Assembly (NCBI GenBank): GCA_005882635.1
Contig: VBFG01000047.1
Coordinates: 5,833-69,832, forward strand
Direction of reading: 5' to 3'
Length of the DNA stretch: 64,000 bases
Source of the DNA: Chloroflexota bacterium
GTDB taxonomy: Bacteria > Chloroflexota > Limnocylindria > Limnocylindrales > CSP1-4
Shown: in pieces, positions 42,663 to 51,388 of the stretch
Layout of the letters: every line of letters starts with the position of its first letter
Position numbering within the stretch: the first letter of the stretch is position 1
Translations under genes and position numbers: made by a program
The notes under the pieces: model-generated
Told to the model about the DNA's origin: nothing
Databases searched by the model: none
What the model saw: only the letters and a program-made list of their open reading frames with translations

Positions 42663-43391
42663 GTCGCCGTAGCCGTAGAGCGGTGTCTCGCCGGACGGGA
42701 ACTGCGGCCGGTAGGCGCGCATCAGCCAGCGGATCGAGCTCTGGGAGCGGAGCGCCAGGATCACCGGCACGACCACGCCGACGACCGCGCCGATGATGAT
42801 CGATGGCTCCATCGCCATCCGGCTCACGGTGTTGACGGCGAGCCCGGCCAACAGCCCGGCCAGGACTCCGTCGATCACCGCCACCATCCCCGGCATCGTC
42901 ACGATCCAGTGGGCCATCGCGCTGCCGGGTCGATGGACGCCGAACGTCCGCTCGAGCCCCGCCGGGTCGTCGGTCGTGCCCGAGATGAAGTACGGCGCGA
43001 GCCCCGGCCCGATCTCCATGTAGGCGTGGCGGATGCGGTTCATGCCCGCGACCCAGATCGCGTCCTCGCCGTTGACCTCGTCGAGGCGGGTGAACGTCGC
43101 GAGGCCGACGAACAGGCAGACCGGCAGCATGACGAGGGCGAATGCCGTGAACTGCGAGCCGAACTGGGACGCCTGGCCGACCAGGGCAAGCGCCACCGCC
43201 GTCGCCGACACGACGGACAGGAACAATCCCGCTCGGCTGAACGACTCGTTCCAGGCGAGCGACCGCGTCGCGAGCAGGCTCCAATGCTCCGTGGACAGGA
43301 TCTGCATCGACCGCGGGTCGTCGAACGGGCTGCCGGCTGTGGCCGTGGTCGGGTCGCGGGCGTCCGATGGCACGGGTGGATGTTCCTGCAT
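42612..43391 (-). CDS. hypothetical polytopic membrane protein
   Basis: ATG 43391 preceded by AGGAGG. About 5 TM segments. The 3' end overlaps the cofD 3' end by 51 nt (convergent). Confidence 0.55.
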   Translation of the reverse strand: MQEHPPVPSDARDPTTATAGSPFDDPRSMQILSTEHWSLLATRSLAWNESFSRAGLFLSVVSATAVALALVGQASQFGSQFTAFALVMLPVCLFVGLATFTRLDEVNGEDAIWVAGMNRIRHAYMEIGPGLAPYFISGTTDDPAGLERTFGVHRPGSAMAHWIVTMPGMVAVIDGVLAGLLAGLAVNTVSRMAMEPSIIIGAVVGVVVPVILALRSQSSIRWLMRAYRPQFPSGETPLYGYGDSGAADRGEDRPGQPSA

Positions 43392-43427
43392 GTTTCGTGA
43401 CCTCCTGCCGCGGAGAATACGAGCCCG

Positions 43428-44048
43428 ATGGACGCCACGACCCTCACCAGCGGCATCGCGATCGGGTTCACCGTCGCGATGGCCGTCGGCCCGATCAGCC
43501 TCCTGACGATCCGCCGCACGCTCGCCCACGGCCGGGCGTACGGGCTCGCGTCGGGCGTCGGGGTCGCGCTCGCCGACGCGTCGTACGGCGGCATCGCCGC
43601 GTTCGGCCTGACCGCGTTGACGGCGGCCCTCGTCGGAGCGCGACCGGCCCTCGGCCTCGTCGGCGGCGCATTCCTCGTCGTCCTGGGCGCCCGGACGATC
43701 CTGGCGGCGCCCAGGGGCGTGGCGAACGACCACGAGCGGCCCGGCCTCGTCGGCGCCGCCATGTCGATCTACGCGCTGACGATCACGAACCCGATGACGA
43801 TCCTGTCGTTCGCCGCGATCTTCGCCGGGCTGGGTCTGGCCGGACGGACCGCCCTCGAGGCGGCGATCCTGACGCTCGGGGTCTTCCTGGGCTCGGCGGC
43901 GTGGTGGCTCGTCCTGACGACGCTCGTGAGCGGAGCGCGGACGCGGGTGACCCCGAGGGCTCTCGGCTGGATCACCCGGGCGTCGGGCATCCTGATCGTC
44001 GTCTTCGGCGTCGTCGCGATCGGCGCGGCAATCGGCGCGCTGAGCTGA
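43428..44048 (+). CDS. LysE/RhtB-family amino-acid exporter
   Basis: ORF 43428..44048. GIAIGFTVAMAVGPISLLTIRRTLAHG..., six TM segments. Confidence 0.85.
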   Translation: MDATTLTSGIAIGFTVAMAVGPISLLTIRRTLAHGRAYGLASGVGVALADASYGGIAAFGLTALTAALVGARPALGLVGGAFLVVLGARTILAAPRGVANDHERPGLVGAAMSIYALTITNPMTILSFAAIFAGLGLAGRTALEAAILTLGVFLGSAAWWLVLTTLVSGARTRVTPRALGWITRASGILIVVFGVVAIGAAIGALS

Positions 44049-44092
44049 ACCTCACGTCCTCGCCCGACTACGATCCGCCGGGAGGGGCTGCG

Positions 44093-45001
44093 GTGGCTGA
44101 CTTCGGGATCCAGGGAACACCAGGCGGGTCAGGTGGGATCCCGGGCTGGATCGACCGGATCCGGGACATCCTGGAGCCGCTGCCTCCGGTCTTCACGACG
44201 TTCTGGACGGGCGACCACCTGCTCCACGACGACGAACCCTGGCCGGAGGCGTGGACCCGGCTGACATACCTCGCCGCAGCCCTCCCTCGATGGCGAGTCG
44301 GCCATCTCGTCCTCTCGCAGAGCTATCGCAATCCCGGGCTTCTCGGCGCGATGGCCGCCACCCTCCAGCTGATGTCCGGCGGCCGCTTCATCCTCGGACT
44401 CGGCGCGGGCTGGCTGGAAGAGGACTACCGCGCGTTCGACTTCGAGTTCCCGCGGCCGGGGGTCCGGGTGGCCCAGCTCGCCGAGGCGATCGAGCTGATC
44501 CGGACGCTCTGGACGGAGTCGCCCGCGACGTTCCAGGGCGAGTGGTACCGCATCAACGGGGCGCGGGTCGAGCGGCCGGAGCCCCCCATCCCCATCCTCG
44601 TCGGGACGAACGGGCCGAAGGCCCTGAAGGTGACGGCCCGCCTCGCCGACTGGTGGAACTGGGACGGGCCGTGGGAGCCGACCTACCGGCCCGCCTACGA
44701 GAACCTGAAGGCCGCCTGCGACGAGGTCGGCCGGCCATTCGAAGAGATGACCCTGACCGCGTCCCTGTCGATCTCGATGCCCGATGATCCAGCGACCTTC
44801 GTCCCGAGCTACAGCCACGACTTCTACCCGGGCCAGATCTTCGGTGTCCTGGGACCGACGCCGGCCGACGTGATCCGCGAGATCGAGACGCTCGTCGACG
44901 TCGGGGTCCGCCACTTCCCGCTGGCGTTCGACTCCATCGCCGAGCTCCGTCGGTTCGTCGACGAGGTCGTGCCGCACGTCCGATTGGACCCGAAGCCCTA
45001 G
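44093..45001 (+). CDS. LLM-class flavin/F420-dependent oxidoreductase
   Basis: GTG 44093 after GGGAGGGG, in ORF 43367..45001. SQSYRNPGLLGAMAATLQLMSGGRFILGLGAGW. Confidence 0.8.
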   Translation: MADFGIQGTPGGSGGIPGWIDRIRDILEPLPPVFTTFWTGDHLLHDDEPWPEAWTRLTYLAAALPRWRVGHLVLSQSYRNPGLLGAMAATLQLMSGGRFILGLGAGWLEEDYRAFDFEFPRPGVRVAQLAEAIELIRTLWTESPATFQGEWYRINGARVERPEPPIPILVGTNGPKALKVTARLADWWNWDGPWEPTYRPAYENLKAACDEVGRPFEEMTLTASLSISMPDDPATFVPSYSHDFYPGQIFGVLGPTPADVIREIETLVDVGVRHFPLAFDSIAELRRFVDEVVPHVRLDPKP

Positions 45002-45010
45002 CATTCGGCC

Positions 45011-45652
45011 ATGCCGGACTCTGTCGCGCCCACACGTGATCGCGTCGTCGCGATCATCCCGGTCGGGACGCTGGCCGGGGCGAAGTCGCGGCTCGGCGCG
45101 GTGCTGGACGCCGAGGAGCGGCTCGAGCTGACAGTCGATCTCGCCCGGGCAACGATCACCTCGGCGGTGGCCAGCACCGGGATCGAGGAAGCCCTCGTCG
45201 TCACCCCGGATGATGCCGTCCGCCGGCTCGCGGAGGAGCTCGGGGCGCGGCCGCTCCGCCAGCGGGACGGCGGGCTGAACCGGGGGATCGACACGGGACG
45301 GGCCGAAGCGGTCGCGGCTGGCGCCGATGCGGTCCTCATCCTCCCGATCGACCTGCCGGACGTGTCCACCGAGGCGATCGACGCCGTCCTCGCGACGCTC
45401 GACGATCCTCGCCGACCTCTCGTCGCCATCGTCCCCGATCGACACGGACGCGGGACGAACGCCCTCCTCCTCGCGCCGCCGGACGCGATCGACACCTGCT
45501 TCGGCGGTGACAGCCGGGCCGCCCATGCCGCGGCGGCGCGCGAGGCCGGTGCGGCCCTCGTCGAGCTCGACGGCCCGCTGACCCTGGACCTCGACACGCC
45601 CGACGACCTCCTCCTCGCCGAGACGATCCTGCGCCCCGTCGATGTCGGCTGA
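45011..45652 (+). CDS. cofC: 2-phospho-L-lactate (or PEP/3PG) guanylyltransferase
   Basis: VVAIIPVGTLAGAKSRLG, LILPIDLPDV, PDRHGRGTNALL. Confidence 0.85.
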   Translation: MPDSVAPTRDRVVAIIPVGTLAGAKSRLGAVLDAEERLELTVDLARATITSAVASTGIEEALVVTPDDAVRRLAEELGARPLRQRDGGLNRGIDTGRAEAVAAGADAVLILPIDLPDVSTEAIDAVLATLDDPRRPLVAIVPDRHGRGTNALLLAPPDAIDTCFGGDSRAAHAAAAREAGAALVELDGPLTLDLDTPDDLLLAETILRPVDVG

Positions 45653-46418
45653 GGGCGGCCGTGTCGAGGCGATCGCCCTCGACGGCATCCCCGAGGTCGG
45701 CGTCGGCGATGACCTCGGCCGGCTGATCGGCGACGCGATCGACCGGACGGCCGGCCCCCTCCCGCTTCGGCCCGACGACGTCGTCGTCGTGACCCAGAAG
45801 ATCGTGTCGAAGGCCGAGGGGGCGATCGTCGATCTGACGACGATCGAGCCGCGCCGCGAGGCGACCGTCTTCGCCGAGCGCTGGGACCGGGACGCGCGGC
45901 AGATCGAGGTCGTCCTCCGCGAGGCGCGGCGGGTCGTCCGCATGGACCGCGGGGTGTTGATCACCGAGACGCCGCATGGCTTCATCTGCGCGAACGGCGG
46001 GGTGGATGCGTCGAACGTCGGGCCGGAGAGCGGGAGCATCGTCACGCTCCTGCCACGGGACCCGGACGCGTCGGCGCGGGCGATCCGTGCCGCGATCCGC
46101 GGCCGGTTCGGGACCGACGTCCCGGTGATCGTCTCGGACTCGTTCGGGCGGCCCTGGCGGTGGGGCATCACCGACGTCGCGATCGGCGTGTCGGGCCTGA
46201 TCCCGATCGAGGACCTCCGCGGTCGCGAGGACGCCGACGGACGGGTCATGAAGTCGACGATCCGGGCGTCGGCCGACGAGATCGCCTCGGCCGCCGAGCT
46301 CGCCCTCGGCAAGGTCGACGGTCGGCCCGTCGCGGTCGTGCGGGGCGCGCGGCCGCTCCTCGGCGAGGGCTCGATCGCCGACGCGTTGATGGCCCGCGAG
46401 TTCGATCTCTTCCCGTGA
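45642..46418 (+). CDS. cofE: coenzyme F420-0:L-glutamate ligase, stand-alone (no FbiB-type C-terminal domain)
   Basis: VVVVTQKIVSKAEG, ETPHGFICANGGVDASNV, VIVSDSFGRPWRWG. Ends at 258 aa. Overlaps cofC by 11 nt. Confidence 0.9.
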   Translation: MSAEGGRVEAIALDGIPEVGVGDDLGRLIGDAIDRTAGPLPLRPDDVVVVTQKIVSKAEGAIVDLTTIEPRREATVFAERWDRDARQIEVVLREARRVVRMDRGVLITETPHGFICANGGVDASNVGPESGSIVTLLPRDPDASARAIRAAIRGRFGTDVPVIVSDSFGRPWRWGITDVAIGVSGLIPIEDLRGREDADGRVMKSTIRASADEIASAAELALGKVDGRPVAVVRGARPLLGEGSIADALMAREFDLFP

Positions 46419-46475
46419 GGGCCCGAGCGTCCCTGGTCGAGGCGGCCCGTGCGGCTGTCCACACGGAATGTGGAT

Positions 46476-46492
46476 TGTCAGGCAAATGCAAC
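46476..46492 (+). promoter_or_regulatory. bipartite phased motif TGTCA-N6-TGCAAC (exact copy 3 of 3)
   Basis: TGTCAGGCAAATGCAAC, 81 nt upstream of the GTG at 46573. A further CTGCAAGG lies at 46511. Confidence 0.4.
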
Positions 46493-46572
46493 ATGGGACC
46501 CGCCCGACAACTGCAAGGTCCGTCCGAGCCGCACGCGTACTGCCGCCACAAGGTCGCAGGTAGAACCGCCCC

Positions 46573-47346
46573 GTGATCCCCTCCACCGATGCCGTCCCGT
46601 CGGACGACCGACGCCCGCGCCTCGCGTTCACCCCGCCGCCGTGGTTCGAGCGCGCCCTGGAGACGGCGATCGTCGCGGCCAAGGCGGTGACCGTCGCCTG
46701 CGCGATCGACGCGCTGGTCAACGCCGACACGCCGCGGCTCCGCGGCAAGGGGATGCGGGTGCGGGCCGTCGGCTATGTGACGGGCATCGCCATCGTCCCG
46801 GCGATCTGGCGAGCCCTCCCGAACCGCGGCCGCTACCCGCGCGGCCTCGACCTCGCGGTCGCGCTGCCCCTCCTGATCGATGCCGGCGGGAACGCCCTCG
46901 GGCTGTACGACGAGGCCCACCTCGACGACGTGGTCCACGTCCTGAACGCGGCGATCGTCGCGGGGGTCGCCGGAGCGCTGTTCGCGAGCCGGACGGACAA
47001 CCCCTGGGAGGCCGCGTTCGCCGGGACGGGCACGGCAATCGCGGGCGAGACGTTCTGGGAGATCGGCGAGTACGTGGCGATGAAGGCCGGCGCCACCGGC
47101 ATGGGCCTGACCTACGGCGACACGATCGGCGACATGGCCGACTCGGCGTTCGGCGCCGTGCTGGGCGGCATCGTCACGTGGCTCCGGATGCCCCGCGACA
47201 AGGAGGCCCGGAGCCGCGGCTGGCGACATGCGATCGGCGGCTGGCGGGAGGTCGGCGAGCCGGCGGCCCTGGCCGGCGGTCGTGGATCCGCCGCCGACCG
47301 CGCGCTGGCGGGCGCGGTCGGGTCCGTGCCGAGACGCACGCCATGA
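46573..47346 (+). CDS. hypothetical membrane protein
   Basis: ORF 46573..47346 (GTG start). Several TM segments. No family recognised. Confidence 0.6.
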   Translation: MIPSTDAVPSDDRRPRLAFTPPPWFERALETAIVAAKAVTVACAIDALVNADTPRLRGKGMRVRAVGYVTGIAIVPAIWRALPNRGRYPRGLDLAVALPLLIDAGGNALGLYDEAHLDDVVHVLNAAIVAGVAGALFASRTDNPWEAAFAGTGTAIAGETFWEIGEYVAMKAGATGMGLTYGDTIGDMADSAFGAVLGGIVTWLRMPRDKEARSRGWRHAIGGWREVGEPAALAGGRGSAADRALAGAVGSVPRRTP

Positions 47347-48104
47347 CCCCGACGATCGGCGTCCGCTACGTCGGCCATGCCACGGTCCTCCTGGAGCTCG
47401 GCGGGCTGCGGATCCTGACCGATCCGTTCCTGCGCGATCGCCTCGGCCCGCTCCGCCGTCACGGACCCACGCCGCTGCCGGCGGCGCTCGGGCCGATCGA
47501 CGTGGTCGTCGTCTCCCACGCCCATCCCGACCACTTCGATCGGGCGTCGCTCAAGGCCGTCGCCGGCGACCCGCTCGTGATCGTCCCGCGCGGCCTGGGC
47601 GGAGCGGTCCGCCGGTCGGGCCTTCGTGCCCGCGAGGTCGTCGCCGGCGAGACGGTCGCCATCGCCCCGGGCTGGACTGTGCTCGCGGTCCCGGCCCGCC
47701 ATTGGCGCTCTCCCGCCGCGCCGCGGGCGGCCTCGATCGGCTACCTGATCGAGGGACCGGGCCGTTCCGGGATCTATTTCGCCGGCGACACCGCCCGCTT
47801 TGCCGCGATGGCCGAGCTCGCCGACCGGGTCGACATCGCCCTGCTGCCGGTTGGCTCGTGGGGCCCGCACCTCAGCCCGGGCCACCTCTCACCACGCTCG
47901 GCGGCCGAGGCGGCCCGCGACCTCCGGGCCCGGTTCGCCGTCCCGATCCACTGGGGCACGCTCTATCCGGCGAAGCTCGAGCGGCTGCTCGGCGCTCGCC
48001 TGCGGGAGCCGGCGGCACGGTTCGAGGCCTGGGCGAAGCGGCTGGCACCGGCCGTCGAGGTCCGCTCGCTTGCTCCGGGCGAGTCGACCGTGATCCCCGC
48101 CTGA
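47343..48104 (+). CDS. MBL-fold metallo-hydrolase
   Basis: ATG 47343 overlaps the upstream stop (ATGA). VVVSHAHPDHFD motif. Confidence 0.8.
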   Translation: MTPTIGVRYVGHATVLLELGGLRILTDPFLRDRLGPLRRHGPTPLPAALGPIDVVVVSHAHPDHFDRASLKAVAGDPLVIVPRGLGGAVRRSGLRAREVVAGETVAIAPGWTVLAVPARHWRSPAAPRAASIGYLIEGPGRSGIYFAGDTARFAAMAELADRVDIALLPVGSWGPHLSPGHLSPRSAAEAARDLRARFAVPIHWGTLYPAKLERLLGARLREPAARFEAWAKRLAPAVEVRSLAPGESTVIPA

Positions 48105-49348
48105 GGCGCGGCCGGGGCAGACGGGGCAGACGGGCCTCGCCGCACGATCGCCGCCCAGACGAGGAGCCCTCCCAGGCCGTAGCTCGCGGCGGCGATCCCG
48201 AACAGCACCGACAGGCCGAGGGCCGCGCCGATGGCCCCGCCGACGAGCGAACCCACGATCGCCCCGACGCTGACCGTCGTTCCGGTGGCGATGCCCTGGG
48301 CCGTGGCCTGGACCGTCCGCGGCACCGCGCCCGAGACCCAGGTCACCGTCCCGACGTAGACGAACGCGAACCCGAAACCCCCGAAGATCGACGCGGCCAC
48401 GATCTGCTCGGGGGACGTCGCGAGGGCGCTGGCCAGCGCACGGAGCGCGTACGCGAACGCGCCGATGACGATCAGCCGCTCCGCTCCGAGCCGCCGAGCC
48501 AGACGGGGAAACGACAGCATCAGGGGGACCTCGACGAGGGCTCCGAGCGAGAAGACCGCGGCGATCATCGTCGCGTCGCCACCGAGTCCCGCCACCCGCA
48601 GGGCGATGAACCCGTTCAGCGACGCCTGGGCCGTCCAGATCACGGTCGAGGCGAGCACGAACAGCCCCATCCGCGGGATGCGCAGGACGCCCCCGATGCG
48701 GCTCGGCGACAGGCCGGCGAACGCCTGGCCGACCGCGTGGTCGACGGTCATCCGCCGGCGCTGGATGGGCGATGCCGGCTCGGGGCCGGTCATCCGCAGG
48801 AGGACCCAGGCGCCAACTCCGGCTGCAGCCAGGAGGGGCACGTTCAGCACGAACAGGCCGACCGGACCGAACCGCCCCACGGCGGCCCCGGTCGCGAATG
48901 CGACGACGATGAACGCGGCGGATCCCCACGCCCGGGCCTGCCCGAACCGCTCGCGACCGCCGATGATCCGGACCACGCGGCTGTCGACCATCGGGATGAT
49001 CCCGGCGAACGTCGAGGCCACGATGGCGATCGCCACCGACAGGACGAGCGGCGACGCCGACAGGCCGAGGAGCGCGGTGGCGGCCGCGCACAGCAGGCCG
49101 GCGACGAGGATCGGCCCGCGCGCGTCGCCGACCCCGTCGGCGAGGGCGCCCCACGTCGGCGCCGCGAGGAGGCTGACCGTCGCATGGAGCGCAAGGAGCG
49201 CCCCGACGCCGCCCACGTCGAGGCCCCGCGAGCCGAGGTACAGCGCGATGTACGGGACCCACGCGCCGACGGCGCCGAACAGCAGGGCGTAGACAGCCGC
49301 CGCGCGGCCGATCGAGCTCAAGGTGCGCCGAAGCAAACCGCACGGCAC
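47963..49348 (-). CDS. MFS transporter
   Basis: ORF 47963..49348, about 12 TM segments. The low-complexity C-terminal tail is antisense to the last 142 nt of the MBL gene. Confidence 0.8.
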   Translation of the reverse strand: MPCGLLRRTLSSIGRAAAVYALLFGAVGAWVPYIALYLGSRGLDVGGVGALLALHATVSLLAAPTWGALADGVGDARGPILVAGLLCAAATALLGLSASPLVLSVAIAIVASTFAGIIPMVDSRVVRIIGGRERFGQARAWGSAAFIVVAFATGAAVGRFGPVGLFVLNVPLLAAAGVGAWVLLRMTGPEPASPIQRRRMTVDHAVGQAFAGLSPSRIGGVLRIPRMGLFVLASTVIWTAQASLNGFIALRVAGLGGDATMIAAVFSLGALVEVPLMLSFPRLARRLGAERLIVIGAFAYALRALASALATSPEQIVAASIFGGFGFAFVYVGTVTWVSGAVPRTVQATAQGIATGTTVSVGAIVGSLVGGAIGAALGLSVLFGIAAASYGLGGLLVWAAIVRRGPSAPSAPAAPQAGITVDSPGASERTSTAGASRFAQASNRAAGSRRRAPSSRSSFAG

Positions 49349-49431
49349 GTCGTTCGGTCAACTCCGGTTTGGTGCGCGCCGGCACCGGACGCCGTCGCGG
49401 AACTGCAAGGCAACCGCCAGCCTCCGGATCG

Positions 49432-49448
49432 ACCTGCGTGACGCAGGT
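49432..49448. promoter_or_regulatory. perfect 17-bp palindrome ACCTGCGT-G-ACGCAGGT
   Basis: Read directly from the sequence. Ends 17 nt upstream of the kinase ATG at 49466. No obvious SD follows it. Confidence 0.45.
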
Positions 49449-49465
49449 TTCGGGACGATGCGAGC

Positions 49466-50680
49466 ATGCCCCAGACCGTCCTGTTCGATCGCTACCGGCT
49501 CGTCGCGCCCGCGGGCACCGGCGGCTCCGCCGAGGTCTGGCGGGCGATCGACCAGAAGACCGGCGACGAGGTCGCCGTCAAGCGCCTCCACCCCGTGGTG
49601 TTCGCCGACGAGGCCGGCCGGCGCCGACTGCAGCGCGAGTTCGACGCGCTTCGGGCGCTCGACGAGCCGCATATCGTTCGCGTCCGGGATCTGCAAATCG
49701 GCGATCGGGAAGCCGCCCTGATCCTCGATTACGTCGACGGCTCATCGCTTGCCCAGACGCTGGCGGAACGACGCGAAGCCGGCGACGGACCGATGGCGCC
49801 CGAGGCCGCGGTCGCAATCGTCGGCGAGGTGGCGGCGGCGCTCGCGGCCGCACATGCCGCCGGCATCGTCCATCGGGACGTCACCCCCGGCAACATCCTC
49901 CTGCCGCCCGGCGGCGCCAGGCTGACCGATTTCGGCATCGCCCACGCGAGCGGCGACCAGACCGCCGTCACCGCGACCGGCCTGCTGATGGGGACGATGC
50001 GCTTCCTGGCCCCCGAGCAGCTGCGCGGCGAGCCGTCGACGCCGGCGAGCGACCTGCACGCCCTCGCGGCGACCGCCTACGAGATGCTGGCCGGACGGCC
50101 GGCATTCGAGGCGACGTCGCCGGTCGGTCTCGTCGAGGCCCAGCGTGCCGGGCCCGCGCCGATCGGAGGGGTCGGCCCGGCGCTGGACGCGGCCGTCCAG
50201 CACGGGTTGGCCGTGGATCCGGCCGACCGGCCGGCTGATGTCACGGCGTTCGCGGCGTCGTTGTCGGCGGCCCTGGCCGCCGAGCCGACCCAGGCCCTGA
50301 CGATCCCCGACGAGGTCGCCGTCGCGTCACCGACGCGGGCCGCCGAGCTCGCCGGTCCGCTGGCCGCGCCGATCGCCAGCGCCGTCGGCGCGGCGCCGCC
50401 GGCCGTCGCGAGTGGAGCTCCGCCGACTCCGCGAAGGACTCGATTCAACCAACGCCGACATACCGTGCCGGCGCTCGTCGGCATCGTGGGCATCGTCCTG
50501 GCGGCCGGCCTCCTGGCGGCCGCGAGCGGATCGGACCGGCCACTGTTCGGCGCCGCGAATGGCCCCAGGGCCTCCGCGACCGCCTCGCTGGGGCCAGCAC
50601 CGACGGCCACGCCGACAACGACCCCCACGCCGAAGGAGCACAAGGGCCACGGCCATGGCAAGGGTGAGGGCGACGGCTGA
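49466..50680 (+). CDS. Ser/Thr protein kinase (Hanks type), membrane-anchored
   Basis: GTGGSAEVWRA...VAVKRL, HRDVTPGNILL, DFGIA, APEQ. TM VPALVGIVGIVLAAGLLAAA. Short Thr/Pro plus KGHGHGKGEGDG tail. Confidence 0.9.
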   Translation: MPQTVLFDRYRLVAPAGTGGSAEVWRAIDQKTGDEVAVKRLHPVVFADEAGRRRLQREFDALRALDEPHIVRVRDLQIGDREAALILDYVDGSSLAQTLAERREAGDGPMAPEAAVAIVGEVAAALAAAHAAGIVHRDVTPGNILLPPGGARLTDFGIAHASGDQTAVTATGLLMGTMRFLAPEQLRGEPSTPASDLHALAATAYEMLAGRPAFEATSPVGLVEAQRAGPAPIGGVGPALDAAVQHGLAVDPADRPADVTAFAASLSAALAAEPTQALTIPDEVAVASPTRAAELAGPLAAPIASAVGAAPPAVASGAPPTPRRTRFNQRRHTVPALVGIVGIVLAAGLLAAASGSDRPLFGAANGPRASATASLGPAPTATPTTTPTPKEHKGHGHGKGEGDG

Positions 50681-50736
50681 GCCGTCATCGCGAACCGGCA
50701 GACCGGCGTTGACACGCCGGGCTGATCGAGCTGGCG

Positions 50737-51033
50737 CTAGCCCTCGCCCGCGGCGGCCTCGCCCGCCGCGGGCGAGTCACTCTGCGAGGATGCGGCGCCG
50801 GTCGCCGAGCCGATCGGCTCGAGGTCGATCGTCCGGACCTGCCGCGTTCGGCCTGCCTCGGTCCGCACGACGGCCGACGGGATGACGCCTGTCGACATTC
50901 GATCGATCGTCGCGATCTCGCCCGAATACAGACCGGATCCGGTGATCCGAACCCGATCGCCGACCTTCAGGCCCGCCCGACCGGCTCCGGCCGAGAGGTT
51001 GATCGAGGCAACCGTCGGACGCGCGTACGGCAC
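50737..51033 (-). CDS. hypothetical small protein with KOW-like motif
   Basis: Frame of ORF 50737..51351. GLKVGDRVRITGSGLYSGEIATI resembles a KOW motif. The start is very uncertain (GTG at 51033 chosen; the upstream part is Arg/Pro-rich). Confidence 0.35.
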   Translation of the reverse strand: MPYARPTVASINLSAGAGRAGLKVGDRVRITGSGLYSGEIATIDRMSTGVIPSAVVRTEAGRTRQVRTIDLEPIGSATGAASSQSDSPAAGEAAAGEG

Positions 51034-51388
51034 ATCTGAGCCCGGGCTACCCGGTCCTCCCGGCTCACCTGCCCGTGGAGGGCGAGGGGCTGCGTTGCGG
51101 GGCGGTGGGTAGACGGTCTTGCGCTTTCGGGCGGGCACAGTCTGAGCGGACCTCCGGTCTCTTGGTCGATCGCCGGAACGCAGCCCGCCAACAGCGCGCG
51201 CCACGGGTTCTGGCACGCCCAGTCTGCCATACGACCCTGATCCCACCGTTACCGACCATTCGTCCCACCCTCCGCGGTCGACACGTACCACGGCAGGAGC
51301 GTCGCGGCTGTGACCTCGCCCGACTGCCCAGCGATGGACAGACCGTGGCACTGGCAGCGACCATCGACTGTGCCGACAAGGAGGACGA

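Noticed and set aside
51034-51388. Possible metal riboswitch or repressor box upstream of the NRAMP gene, and an M-box upstream of corA.
   Set aside because: I recognised no yybP-ykoY-like conserved core, no DtxR/MntR-type AT-rich palindrome and no M-box signature. The region is just long (355 nt), and it is shared with a divergent, poorly defined ORF.
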